In this document: positions 28,351 to 37,420 of the stretch, piece after piece
How the letters are laid out: each line of letters opens with the position of its first letter
Numbering within the stretch: position 1 is the first letter of the stretch
Source of the DNA: an uncultured bacterium
GTDB taxonomy: Bacteria; CAYJRR01
Assembly (NCBI GenBank): GCA_964372275.1
Contig: CAYJRR010000010.1
Coordinates: forward strand, 1-52,505
DNA: 52,505 nt
Direction of reading: 5' to 3'
Program-made: the position numbers and the translations under genes
The notes under the pieces: generated by a model
The model's database searches: none
Seen by the model: only the letters and a program-made list of their open reading frames with translations
What the model was told of the DNA's origin: nothing

Positions 28351-29535
28351 ATGGCTTCGTTCCAGTCACCGGAGCACGACCAGCTCCGCAAGGCCGTCCG
28401 GGATTTCGCCGTGCGGGCGCTCCGACCGCGCGCCGCGCGCATCGATCGGACCAAGGAGTTCCCCCGCGACGACTTCCGCACCATGGGCGAGATGGGTCTG
28501 TTCGGCGTCACCGTCCCGTCGGAGTACGGCGGCAGCGGGATGGGGGCGCTCGCGTGTGCCATCGTCAACGAGGAGCTGGCGCGCGAGTGCGCGTCGACCG
28601 CGCTCTCCTACCTGGCGCACACCGTCCTGTGCGTCAACAATCTCTACCTCCACGGCAACGAGACGCAGCGGCGGACGTACCTCCCGAAGCTGATCTCGGG
28701 CGAGCACCTCGGCGCCTGGGCGCTGACGGAGCCGGGATCGGGGAGCGATGCGCGCGGCCTCACCACCCGGTACCGGAACGTGACGCGAAACGGCCGGCCG
28801 GGGTTCGCGATCAGCGGATCCAAGATCTTCATCACCAACGCCTTCCACGCCGACGTGATCCTCGTCTTCGCGAGGCCGGAAGGGACCTCGCCGGAGAACG
28901 AGAAGGACGCGATCACCGTCTTCCTGGTCGAGCGCGGGACGCCGGGGATGAGGGTCCATGAGCCGATGGACAAGATGGGAATGCGGGCCAGCCCCACCTC
29001 CGAGATCACCTTCGACGACTGCTTCGTCCCCGACGAGAACCTGCTCGGCGAAGAGCGAAAGGGGACCGAGCACATGATGTTGGGGCTCGACGTCGAGCGG
29101 GTGACGATCGCGGGGATCCCGGTCGGGATTGCGCAGGGGGCGCTCGACATCGCGCTGCCGTACGCGACCGAGCGGAAGCAGTTCGGGGTCGAGATCGCCA
29201 GCTTCCAGATGATCAAGAAGATGCTCGCCGACATGGCGACCGAGACGCGGGCGGCGCGCCTGCTCGTCTACGACGCCGCCGACCGCCTCGACCACGGGGA
29301 GAAGGGACTGTCGATGGAGGCGGCGATGGCCAAGCTCTACGCCTCGGAGGTCGGGACGCGCGTCGCCTTGCAGGCGGTGCAGATCCTCGGCGGCTACGGC
29401 TACATCTCCGAGTTCCCGGTCGAGCGGATGGCGCGCGACGCCAAGCTGCTCGAGATCGGCGCGGGGACGAGCGAGATCCAGCGGATCGTGATCGCCCGCG
29501 AGCTATTGCGTCGCGCGGGACACCGTGGCGAGTGA
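28351..29535 (+). CDS. ivd: Acyl-CoA dehydrogenase, isovaleryl-CoA dehydrogenase-like
   Basis: ALTEPGSGSD, GSKIFITN and KMGMRAS. LDVERVTIAG places Glu at the IVD-type catalytic position, and the C-terminal motif is LEIGAGTSEI. Confidence 0.8.
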   Translation: MASFQSPEHDQLRKAVRDFAVRALRPRAARIDRTKEFPRDDFRTMGEMGLFGVTVPSEYGGSGMGALACAIVNEELARECASTALSYLAHTVLCVNNLYLHGNETQRRTYLPKLISGEHLGAWALTEPGSGSDARGLTTRYRNVTRNGRPGFAISGSKIFITNAFHADVILVFARPEGTSPENEKDAITVFLVERGTPGMRVHEPMDKMGMRASPTSEITFDDCFVPDENLLGEERKGTEHMMLGLDVERVTIAGIPVGIAQGALDIALPYATERKQFGVEIASFQMIKKMLADMATETRAARLLVYDAADRLDHGEKGLSMEAAMAKLYASEVGTRVALQAVQILGGYGYISEFPVERMARDAKLLEIGAGTSEIQRIVIARELLRRAGHRGE

Positions 29536-29546
29536 CACCTCGCCCG

Positions 29547-29978
29547 TCAGGGCATGCCGCACGTAAGCCAGTCGGCGAGCAGGATGCGATCGTCCGCGGG
29601 CGGCCCTCCGGCCGGGGGCATCGTGTCGTTCGCGTCGCCGGCGCGGGCGTAGATCCGCTCGCGCCACGCCTCGATCCCCTCGCGGGTGTCGAAGTCGGTC
29701 CCGAGCGGCGCGTCCTGGCGATCCCCGTCCCCCAGGTAGGAGCTGTGGCAGCCGGTGCACCAGGACCGCATGAACCCTTCCCCGAAATTCTCGTAGGTGA
29801 GGAAGCTGTCCGGCGGACAATCCCGGCCTTCGAGCGGCTCGAGACCTCCGTCGCCGCCGGTGCCGTCCTCGCCGCAGCCGAGGACCGCGGACGGAGCCGC
29901 AATCAGAACGACGAGCGCGATCCGGCGGAGCCCCTTCGCCGACGCCGCCCGGCTCCCCCCGTCACGCCACGAACGCAT
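29547..29978 (-). CDS. Small c-type cytochrome lipoprotein
   Basis: Lipobox AVLGC, heme motif CTGCH, distal MPP and W..CG.P. Confidence 0.8.
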   Translation of the reverse strand: MRSWRDGGSRAASAKGLRRIALVVLIAAPSAVLGCGEDGTGGDGGLEPLEGRDCPPDSFLTYENFGEGFMRSWCTGCHSSYLGDGDRQDAPLGTDFDTREGIEAWRERIYARAGDANDTMPPAGGPPADDRILLADWLTCGMP

Positions 29979-31227
29979 CGAACACCTCCACGTCGGGCAG
30001 GAAGTTGGCCGGATCGGCGCCGACGAGCCGGATGAGGCCGGCGACGACGTTCGAGTAGTCGAGCGCCTGACCGTTGCCGTCGTCGGGATCGCCGGTGGCG
30101 AAGTCGACCGTCCGCGCCTCGAGGCCGTCGGTGGTGCCGCCGTAGGCTTTCCCCCCGGCCACGCCGCCGCCGAAGACGAGCAGGCTTCCGACCGGCCAGT
30201 GGTCCTTTCCGACGGTGCTGTTGAGCTTCGGGGTGCGCCCCATCTCGGAGGCGACCAGCACCACCGTCTCGTCGAGCATCGAGTTTCCCGCCTGTTTCCC
30301 GGGACGCCCGGCGAGGTCGTCGGCCAGGAGTTTCAGCTCCCGGTAGAGATCGTCGTGCGCCTGCTCCTGGTCGCTGTTGGTGGAATGGGTGTCCCAGCCT
30401 TCGCCGGAATCGACCATCACCGAGAAGGCGATCTGCTCCTCGATCATCTGCACCGCGAGCGCCCGCTGCGAGGCGAGGCTCAAGGTGCTGGTCGTCGTGC
30501 CGAACCCGGCGCGGTTCGCGACGAGCAGATCGCCGCGGCCGAGCGAGTCGAGATAGTCGTTCAGCCGGGAGAGGTTCTTCCCCAGGCTCGCCCGCCCGGC
30601 GCGCACCCGTTCGGCGCGGGACTCGACGTAGGCCCGGATCGCGGCGGCGTCGTCGGTCGACGGAAGGTAGTTCGGCACCGGGTAGGGCCCGCCGGCCGCG
30701 GCGGTCGGATCGAGGAGCGCCACGATCTGGTTGCGCGCGCCGACGCGCGCGATCCCGGACGCCAGGTCGCCGCTGTAGGCGGTGGTGCCGAGGACCAGGT
30801 AGGGGGCCGGCAGCTCCCAGCCGAGCTCGAAGGCGGCGATCACCGCCAGGTCGGGACTGGTCTCGGAGCGCGTGCCGGTGAGGATCCGTTCCCGGCACTC
30901 GGGATGGGCGATCGAGTTGATCTGGATCCCGTTCACCACCGCCGAGACCGGAGCGTAGGAGTCAAAGAAGGCGGTGACGTTCGGGCGCCCGGCGTCGACG
31001 AAGATCGGCAGGTTCCCGTACATCTGCACCGATCCCGGCGGCAGGTCGACCTGCGTGCCGTCGGTCTTGGGATCGAGGACGTGGGTCGGATCCCATCCCC
31101 CGCTGGCGAAGACGACGATCAGGTTCTTCGCCGTCGGGGTGCCGGCGCGCGCGCGGCGCGGGAGGGTCGCGCCCAACGCCGTGAGACCGGCCGTCGCCAG
31201 GAAGTTGCGTCGGGTGATCGGTGCCAT
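29962..31227 (-). CDS. DUF1501-family Tat-exported protein
   Basis: TRRNFL twin-arginine signal, ASGGWDP, GWDTH, SEMGRTP and GKDHWP. Confidence 0.88.
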   Translation of the reverse strand: MAPITRRNFLATAGLTALGATLPRRARAGTPTAKNLIVVFASGGWDPTHVLDPKTDGTQVDLPPGSVQMYGNLPIFVDAGRPNVTAFFDSYAPVSAVVNGIQINSIAHPECRERILTGTRSETSPDLAVIAAFELGWELPAPYLVLGTTAYSGDLASGIARVGARNQIVALLDPTAAAGGPYPVPNYLPSTDDAAAIRAYVESRAERVRAGRASLGKNLSRLNDYLDSLGRGDLLVANRAGFGTTTSTLSLASQRALAVQMIEEQIAFSVMVDSGEGWDTHSTNSDQEQAHDDLYRELKLLADDLAGRPGKQAGNSMLDETVVLVASEMGRTPKLNSTVGKDHWPVGSLLVFGGGVAGGKAYGGTTDGLEARTVDFATGDPDDGNGQALDYSNVVAGLIRLVGADPANFLPDVEVFDAFVA

Positions 31228-31241
31228 CGTTCGTGACCTCC

Positions 31242-32999
31242 CTAGAAGAATGCGATCCGAGTGTCCTGCAGCATCGCCGTCAGGGTCGCCTTCCAGGCGG
31301 TCTCGACATCGCCGGAGCGGGCGAGCGCCCCGGCGAACAGGTCGTAGGTCTCGTCGACCTCCTCGGCGTCGTCCTCGACGAACTCGGCGAACAGGCGCCG
31401 GTGGAGGAGGGCCAACTGCGCGCGGACCGCCGACTCCCCCTGCTCGGTGGCCGAGACGACGGTCAAAAGCCTCCGCGCGGCCGGATCGGCGAGCGCGAAG
31501 TCGCTCTCCACCACCGCCGCCGCCGCGTTGGCGGCGAAGGTCTGGAGGAAGAGGCCGGAGGTCGCGTTGAAGGTGTGGGACGGCGTCGTCACCAGCGAGC
31601 CGTCGATCCCCCCCGCCAGCGTCCGCAGTCCGATGACGTCGCTCACCGGGATGTCGACCAGGCCGAACGGGTAGCCGGCGGCGTTGAAGCCGACGTCGGT
31701 CTTCCATTCGAAGCCGGTCAGGTCGAGCAGCATCCGGCGGAGCTGCTCCGGTCGCGCCTTCTTCAGGCCGACGAGCGTCTCGGCTTCGGCGGCGTCGGTC
31801 GAGTGCGAGACGCGGAAGGCGTCGGAGAGGACGACCTCGCGCGCGAGCCGCCGGGCGTTCAGTCCGCTCCCGACGAAGGCATCCTGCAGCTCCGCGACGA
31901 CCGACAGCGGAACGTCGTCGAGCGGCACCTGCGCCATGTAGGAGAAGAAGCGGCGGGCGGCGCAGGAGGAGAAGCGCGAGTCGGCGGCGATGAGCGCCCC
32001 GAGATCCTGCAGGTTGGTGCCGGGGATCCCGAAGAACGACGGCGCGCGTCCGGTGGTGTTCTCCCAGAGGCTTTCGCGCGTGACGCGGTAGAAGTCGACC
32101 GGGTAGATGTCCTGGCCCGCGTCGGCGTTGTTCCGGAGCTGGGCGAACGGAACCTGCCCCTGGTAGCCCCAGAAGAAGCTGGCGAGCGGATCGAGGGTCT
32201 GGTGGCAGCCGGCGCAAGAGGGGTTCTCGACCACCGCCTCGGCGACGACGTCGGGGTCGGACAGATCGATGCTCCCGTCGATCACCACATCGCTCGTCAG
32301 GAAGTCGAAGCAGAGGAGCGTGCTCGAGACCATGTTGGCGCGGCCGCGGTGGTAGTTGGTGCCGTTGGAATCGTGGCGGGCGAACAGCGCCGTGCTGGAG
32401 AGGATCCCGGCCATCGGCCGGTCGTCGACGGTCGAGCCCCGGTCGCCGTCGTCCCAGCGGGTGACGACCCACTCCTCGCCGTCCCCCTCGTAGGCCAGCC
32501 CCCAGATGTCGGCGACGATCTTGTCGGCCAGCGTGTAGTCGGCGGTGACGATCTCGGAGTAGGGGCGGTCGTTCTTCACGACGTATTCGATCAAGCGCAG
32601 CGGCTCCTCCATCATCGAGCGGTTGATCTCCGCGCCGAAGCGCCCCTCCAGCTCGTAGACCGGCGGCAGGAAGACGTTCTCCACGCGGGTCAGGAACGTC
32701 TCCGCGTGCAGGTCGCGGATCGCCTCGTCGAACTCGGCGGAGACGAGGTACTGGTCGACGTAGTCGGCGATCTTGTCTGGCTCCGAGAGGACCGCCTCCA
32801 TCTCCTCCTCGTCGGGCCGGATGCCGCGAAGCGCCATCGAGGCGCGCACCAGGTGGTCGGCCGGAGAGAGGAAGACGGTATCGCCGTCGCCGGCGGTCCA
32901 GTGCCAGGTCTCGTCGGCTTCGTCGGAACCGCCGTCCTTGGCCCTGCCGTCACAGCCGGCAACCACCGCCACAAGGATCACCCACCGCCCGCCCGCCAT
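31242..32999 (-). CDS. DUF1592/DUF1588/DUF1585-like (PSD/PSCyt-type) lipoprotein with heme motif
   Basis: GGGAGG RBS before ATG 32999, lipobox VVAGC. Contains RASMALRGIRP, AGILSS, CAGCHQTLDPLA and FSSCAARRF. Directly upstream of the DUF1501 gene. Confidence 0.8.
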   Translation of the reverse strand: MAGGRWVILVAVVAGCDGRAKDGGSDEADETWHWTAGDGDTVFLSPADHLVRASMALRGIRPDEEEMEAVLSEPDKIADYVDQYLVSAEFDEAIRDLHAETFLTRVENVFLPPVYELEGRFGAEINRSMMEEPLRLIEYVVKNDRPYSEIVTADYTLADKIVADIWGLAYEGDGEEWVVTRWDDGDRGSTVDDRPMAGILSSTALFARHDSNGTNYHRGRANMVSSTLLCFDFLTSDVVIDGSIDLSDPDVVAEAVVENPSCAGCHQTLDPLASFFWGYQGQVPFAQLRNNADAGQDIYPVDFYRVTRESLWENTTGRAPSFFGIPGTNLQDLGALIAADSRFSSCAARRFFSYMAQVPLDDVPLSVVAELQDAFVGSGLNARRLAREVVLSDAFRVSHSTDAAEAETLVGLKKARPEQLRRMLLDLTGFEWKTDVGFNAAGYPFGLVDIPVSDVIGLRTLAGGIDGSLVTTPSHTFNATSGLFLQTFAANAAAAVVESDFALADPAARRLLTVVSATEQGESAVRAQLALLHRRLFAEFVEDDAEEVDETYDLFAGALARSGDVETAWKATLTAMLQDTRIAFF

Positions 33000-33112
33000 C
33001 GGCACGCCCTCCCGTCGCATGTCCGTCAAGCGTTGGACACGCCGTCCCGCGAACGCGGCAGACGTTCGCGCGCGGGATTGTACGCCGACTCACGACGCCG
33101 CCGATTCCGGCG

Positions 33113-34366
33113 TTACGCCAGCTCCTTGCTCGTGTATCCGAGGACGCGCCGGGCGACGACCAGCCGGTTGACCTGCCCGGTCCCTTCGAAGATGTCGTAG
33201 ACCTTCGAGTCCCGGAGCCACATCTCGGCGGGGTGCATCCGGGTGAGCCCATCGGGTCCGAGCAGCTCGACGACCTTCGCGCACACCTCCACCACCACCG
33301 TCCCCGCCTTCGCCTTGGCCATCGACGCCTCGAGCGCGTTCGGCTGTCCCTGGTCGAGGAGGAAGGCGGCGCGGTGGGCGAGCAGGCGCGCCGCTTCAAC
33401 CTGCGCCTCCATCTCCAGGAAGGCGTCCTGCACGGCGGAGAGGTTGGGGCGGCTGCGGCCGTAGCCGGGGCCGTCCCATCCGTCGGCGCGGAGCACGTCG
33501 CCCAGGTACTCGACGGCGGCGCGCGCGATCCCGACCGCCATCGCCGCGACGCCGGGGCGGGTCATGTCGAAGGTCGCCATCGCCCCCTTGAACCCCTTGG
33601 TCGCCGCCGCGGAGTCTTTCGGGAATCCGCCGGGGGTTCCGTTCGGGTCGTACTCGCCGAGGATGTTCTCCAGCGGGATGCGGCAGTCCTCGAGGATCAG
33701 CTCGGCCGTCTCCGACGACCGGATGCCGAGCTTTTTCTCCAGCTGCCCGACCAGGAACCCGGGGGTCCCCTTCTCCACGACGAAGGCGCGGATCGCCTCC
33801 TTGCCGCGCCCCAGGTCGAGCGACGCCCAGACGACGACGATCTCCGAGCAGGCGCCGTTGGTGCAGAAGATCTTCCGGCCGTTGAGGACCCACTCCTTGC
33901 CGTCGCGGCGCGCCGTCGTCCGGATCGCCCCGGTGTCGGAGCCGCAGCCGGGCTCGGTGTACGCCATCGCGCCGAACCGCACCTCGCCGTCGGCGTAGCG
34001 GGCGAGCCACTTGGAGCGCTGCTCGGGCGTCCCGGCGGCGGCGATCGCCGCGCCGGCCAGCCCCGGGCCGGGGAAGGAGAGCATCAGCGCCGCCGAGCCG
34101 TAGGCGATCTCCTCCGCGAACAGGACGCCGGAGATCCCCTTGATCGAGGTCCCGCCTTCGTTCTTCTTCTCGTCGTAGCGGTGGCGGCTCAAGCCTCCAC
34201 CCGCACCGGTACGGATCAGGTCGTTGACCTGGCGGATCACGTCCTTCGGCTTCTCGTGCTCCTTCCGGTCGTACTCGATCGCGGCGGGCCGCAGCACCTG
34301 CTGCCCGAACATGCGAAGGAACCCTTGGATCGCCTGCTGTTGCGGAGTGGGGTTGAAGTCGAGCAT
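33113..34366 (-). CDS. Acyl-CoA dehydrogenase (FadE23-like subunit with catalytic Glu)
   Basis: MAYTEPGCGSD, GRKIFCTNG, KLGIRSSETA and RDSKVYDIFEGTGQV. Confidence 0.9.
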   Translation of the reverse strand: MLDFNPTPQQQAIQGFLRMFGQQVLRPAAIEYDRKEHEKPKDVIRQVNDLIRTGAGGGLSRHRYDEKKNEGGTSIKGISGVLFAEEIAYGSAALMLSFPGPGLAGAAIAAAGTPEQRSKWLARYADGEVRFGAMAYTEPGCGSDTGAIRTTARRDGKEWVLNGRKIFCTNGACSEIVVVWASLDLGRGKEAIRAFVVEKGTPGFLVGQLEKKLGIRSSETAELILEDCRIPLENILGEYDPNGTPGGFPKDSAAATKGFKGAMATFDMTRPGVAAMAVGIARAAVEYLGDVLRADGWDGPGYGRSRPNLSAVQDAFLEMEAQVEAARLLAHRAAFLLDQGQPNALEASMAKAKAGTVVVEVCAKVVELLGPDGLTRMHPAEMWLRDSKVYDIFEGTGQVNRLVVARRVLGYTSKELA

Positions 34367-34376
34367 GAGGTCCTCC

Positions 34377-35492
34377 CTAGACGATCAGGGTGCCGGGGGT
34401 GGAGGCCAGGGTCCGCGCATTCCGGAAAAAAAGCTCCGCCAGGTGATCGCGGATGACGCCGTGGCCGCCGAGGATCTGCACGCCGCGGTCGGCGATCCGC
34501 CAGGCGGCGTCGGTGGCGAAGCGGAAGGCGAGGGTCGCCTCGCGCAGCGCCTCTTCGCCGCGATCGATCTTCCAGGCGGCCTTCCAGGTCATCCAGCGCG
34601 CCGCTTCGACGTCCATCGCGGCATCGGCGATCATGAAGGCGATCGACTGGTACTGGGCGATCGGCCGCCCGAAGGCGATCCGCTCCTTGGCGTAGGCCGA
34701 GGCGTATTCGCAGGCCGCGCGCGCGACGCCGGTCGCGGCGGCGGCGGAGGCGGTCAGCGCCCGCGTGGCGAGCGTCCGGTAGGCGACGCCACGCGCGCCG
34801 CCGAGGCGGACCGCCGGCGCGTCCTCGAAGACGAGACGGTGCTGAGGGAGACCGCGCGGGGCGATCGTCTCTTCGCGCCCCCCCCGCGTCACGCCGTGCG
34901 CACCCTTGCCCGCGATCAGGAACGCCTCGACGCCGTCGAACCCGGTCGACTCCGCGGGACGTGCGTAGACGACGAGCGTCTCGGCGGTGGCGCCGCCGGC
35001 GACGAACGCCTTCGTTCCACGCAGCACGAGCCCCCCGGCCGGGGAGGGGCGGGCGGTCGTCCGGATCGAGGCGAGGTCGAAGGACCGCGAAGGCTCGATC
35101 CATGCCGCCGTGGCGGCCGGGAGGGACGGACCGCCGCACAGCGCCGGGAGGTGCTCCGCCTTCTCGGCCGCGGTGCCGAACAGCGCCACCGGCACGGCGA
35201 GGTGGTTCGGCGCGAACAGCGCCTGGGCGTAGGCGAGATCGCCGAAGGCGAGGGGCTCGAGCGCCACCACGCCGGTCAGCGCGGAGGGGACGGCGTCGTC
35301 CGCTCCGGCGCCGCCGAACGTTCCGGGGAGTCCGGCGGCGAGAAGCGACAGCCCCCACCCCTCGGCGAGGGCGGAGACGGGGATCTCGGCCGCCTCGTCC
35401 CAGCTCCGCGACCCGGCGCGGAGGCGGTCCTGGGCGAACTCCTGCAACGTGTTGCGCAACAGCTCCAGGTCTTGGTCGAGCGATAGGTGCAT
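34377..35492 (-). CDS. Acyl-CoA dehydrogenase family protein (FadE24-like partner, degenerate C-terminus)
   Basis: GTKAFV, ERIAFGRPIAQYQSIAF and VQILGGHG. Ends RNARTLASTPGTLIV without the EGT motif. Confidence 0.87.
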   Translation of the reverse strand: MHLSLDQDLELLRNTLQEFAQDRLRAGSRSWDEAAEIPVSALAEGWGLSLLAAGLPGTFGGAGADDAVPSALTGVVALEPLAFGDLAYAQALFAPNHLAVPVALFGTAAEKAEHLPALCGGPSLPAATAAWIEPSRSFDLASIRTTARPSPAGGLVLRGTKAFVAGGATAETLVVYARPAESTGFDGVEAFLIAGKGAHGVTRGGREETIAPRGLPQHRLVFEDAPAVRLGGARGVAYRTLATRALTASAAAATGVARAACEYASAYAKERIAFGRPIAQYQSIAFMIADAAMDVEAARWMTWKAAWKIDRGEEALREATLAFRFATDAAWRIADRGVQILGGHGVIRDHLAELFFRNARTLASTPGTLIV

Positions 35493-35567
35493 CGATTGCC
35501 CTCCGGGTCGGCGAACGGCGAGGCGCGGGAGTTTGGCGGAGACCCGGCCCGAAACGCAAGAGATGTT

Positions 35568-35585
35568 TGACTGAATTGTCAGTCA
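35568..35585. promoter_or_regulatory. Palindromic operator TGACTGA-N4-TCAGTCA, TetR/FadR-like
   Basis: Perfect 7-bp inverted repeat, AT-rich, 76 nt upstream of the acyl-CoA dehydrogenase pair in a divergent intergenic region. Confidence 0.65.
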
Positions 35586-35725
35586 TGCCGTCCGGTGCAA
35601 CCCCTGCGCGGCTCGAAAAATGGAAATTCATAACGATCTCGGCTTGACGGCGCCGCGGCCCGGGGATCTGCTCACCGGTCCGGACGCTCGTTGGCCGAGG
35701 GTCCGTCGATCGGGGGGCCGTTCAC

Positions 35726-37420
35726 ATGCGCACTTGCACCTTGTTTGGCGTCGTCGTTCTCGCTGCCGTTTCGGCCGGTTGTTCCGGGGAAGAGGGGGGC
35801 GGCGCGTCCGATCCGATCGAGTCGCTCCTCGTCGCCCCCGACGGCGCGCGGATCGATTCGGCGACGACGATCCGCGTTCGCGCCACCGGCGTCACCGCGT
35901 CGGGCCGGCGGGTCGAGGTCGACGACGCCGTCTGGACGGCGTCGAGCGGCGAAATCTCCGCCGACGGACCGACCGCGCCGACGGAGTTCACCCCGGCGGG
36001 GGTCGGAACGGTGACGATCACCGCCGAGGCCGAGGGCCTTTCCGCCGACGCCACGATCGAGGTCGTGGCGGGCGGGACGCTCGACGTGGTCGTGGTCGAC
36101 GCGGTCGACGGCACGCCGATCCAGGGGGCGAGCGTTTCGCTGGTGACCGGAACCGCCTCGGGGATGACGGTCGCCGACGGAACGGCGCAGCTGACCGGCG
36201 CCTTCGAAGGGGCGATCGACCTGCACGTCGAGGCCCCCGACCACTTCCCGGTCACGTTGTTCGGACTCAAGGCCAAGAACGTGCGGATTCCGGTTCGCCC
36301 GGCCAACCCTCCGGCCTCGGGGGACGTGCAGGGGGCGATCGACTTCCAGCAGGCGCTCGACCGCGAGGAGCCGGAAGCGGGAACGCTCTGGATCGGATTC
36401 GCCGGCCCGGCAATCCGGGGGAACGTCCTGTCGTTCGGGTTCGACGCGCTGGTCGGACCGAACCGGACGATCAACGTCGGCGGCCTCGAGGTCGAGGCGC
36501 CGAGCAACATCTACGTCTACGGCGTGACCGAGGAGTACATCGCGCTCTCGCCGCCCGGGACGACCGCCGTCTTCGCGCTGGGGGGCGAGGTGACGCTGCA
36601 GGAGATCTCCGACGTCCTCGGAGAGGCCGGCGACGGCTCCGATCTGGGCTCGATCGTCGCGGAGCTGATCCCGATCTTCAACCGCTTCTACTACGCGCTC
36701 GATCCCGACGTGACGGTCACCACCAACGCCAGCACCACCGGGGTCGACCTGACGCTCGACACCAAGCTCTCCAAGACCGCCAAGGTGTCGGTCGCGACGC
36801 GGCCGGTCGAGGATCCCAACCCGCTGGTGGTCGCCGCGGTCGACCTGGGACCCTCGATCGGCTTCGTGCCGGTGGGCTTGAACGTCGTCGACGGAAGCGA
36901 CGCGAAGTCGACGAGCTTGAAGGTCCCGCCGCTCAAGGGGAGCTTCGAGGGGCGTTCCTACGTCGTCCTCGCGGTGACGGAGGAGGGGGGGCTGGGATCC
37001 GGCACCGGCGACCAGCAGATCGCCGTCTTGAGCCGTTCTCTCGTCGACGTCTCCGACGTCGAGCTTCCGGACTTCTTCCCGCCGCCGACGTTCGCCGAGT
37101 TCGACAGCAACGCCGGGAGCCTCACCTTCGAGTTCCCCTCGACCGAGGGCTCCGACCTCACCTACAGCACCCTCTCCCGGGAGGCGAGCGGCGAGCGCTA
37201 CGAGTGGGACGTCTTCACCGACGGCGAGTCGGAAGGGTTCGCGCTGCCGATGATCGCCGGCACCCATGCCGCCGCGACCGGCGGGAACTGGACGGTGCAG
37301 ACCCTCGGTCTCGAGTCGCAGACCTACGAGGCGCTCCTCACGCCGGGGGCCGGCACGGCGCTCGAAACCTACTTCGACGACGCCAACCGCATCGTCATCA
37401 CCAACGCCGAGGTCGAGTGA
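35726..37420 (+). CDS. Lipoprotein with Ig-like and carboxypeptidase-regulatory-like beta-sandwich domains
   Basis: Lipobox VSAGC, GTVTITAEAEG (Big-like), VVDAVDGTPIQGASVSL. Acidic and beta-rich. Confidence 0.8.
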   Translation: MRTCTLFGVVVLAAVSAGCSGEEGGGASDPIESLLVAPDGARIDSATTIRVRATGVTASGRRVEVDDAVWTASSGEISADGPTAPTEFTPAGVGTVTITAEAEGLSADATIEVVAGGTLDVVVVDAVDGTPIQGASVSLVTGTASGMTVADGTAQLTGAFEGAIDLHVEAPDHFPVTLFGLKAKNVRIPVRPANPPASGDVQGAIDFQQALDREEPEAGTLWIGFAGPAIRGNVLSFGFDALVGPNRTINVGGLEVEAPSNIYVYGVTEEYIALSPPGTTAVFALGGEVTLQEISDVLGEAGDGSDLGSIVAELIPIFNRFYYALDPDVTVTTNASTTGVDLTLDTKLSKTAKVSVATRPVEDPNPLVVAAVDLGPSIGFVPVGLNVVDGSDAKSTSLKVPPLKGSFEGRSYVVLAVTEEGGLGSGTGDQQIAVLSRSLVDVSDVELPDFFPPPTFAEFDSNAGSLTFEFPSTEGSDLTYSTLSREASGERYEWDVFTDGESEGFALPMIAGTHAAATGGNWTVQTLGLESQTYEALLTPGAGTALETYFDDANRIVITNAEVE

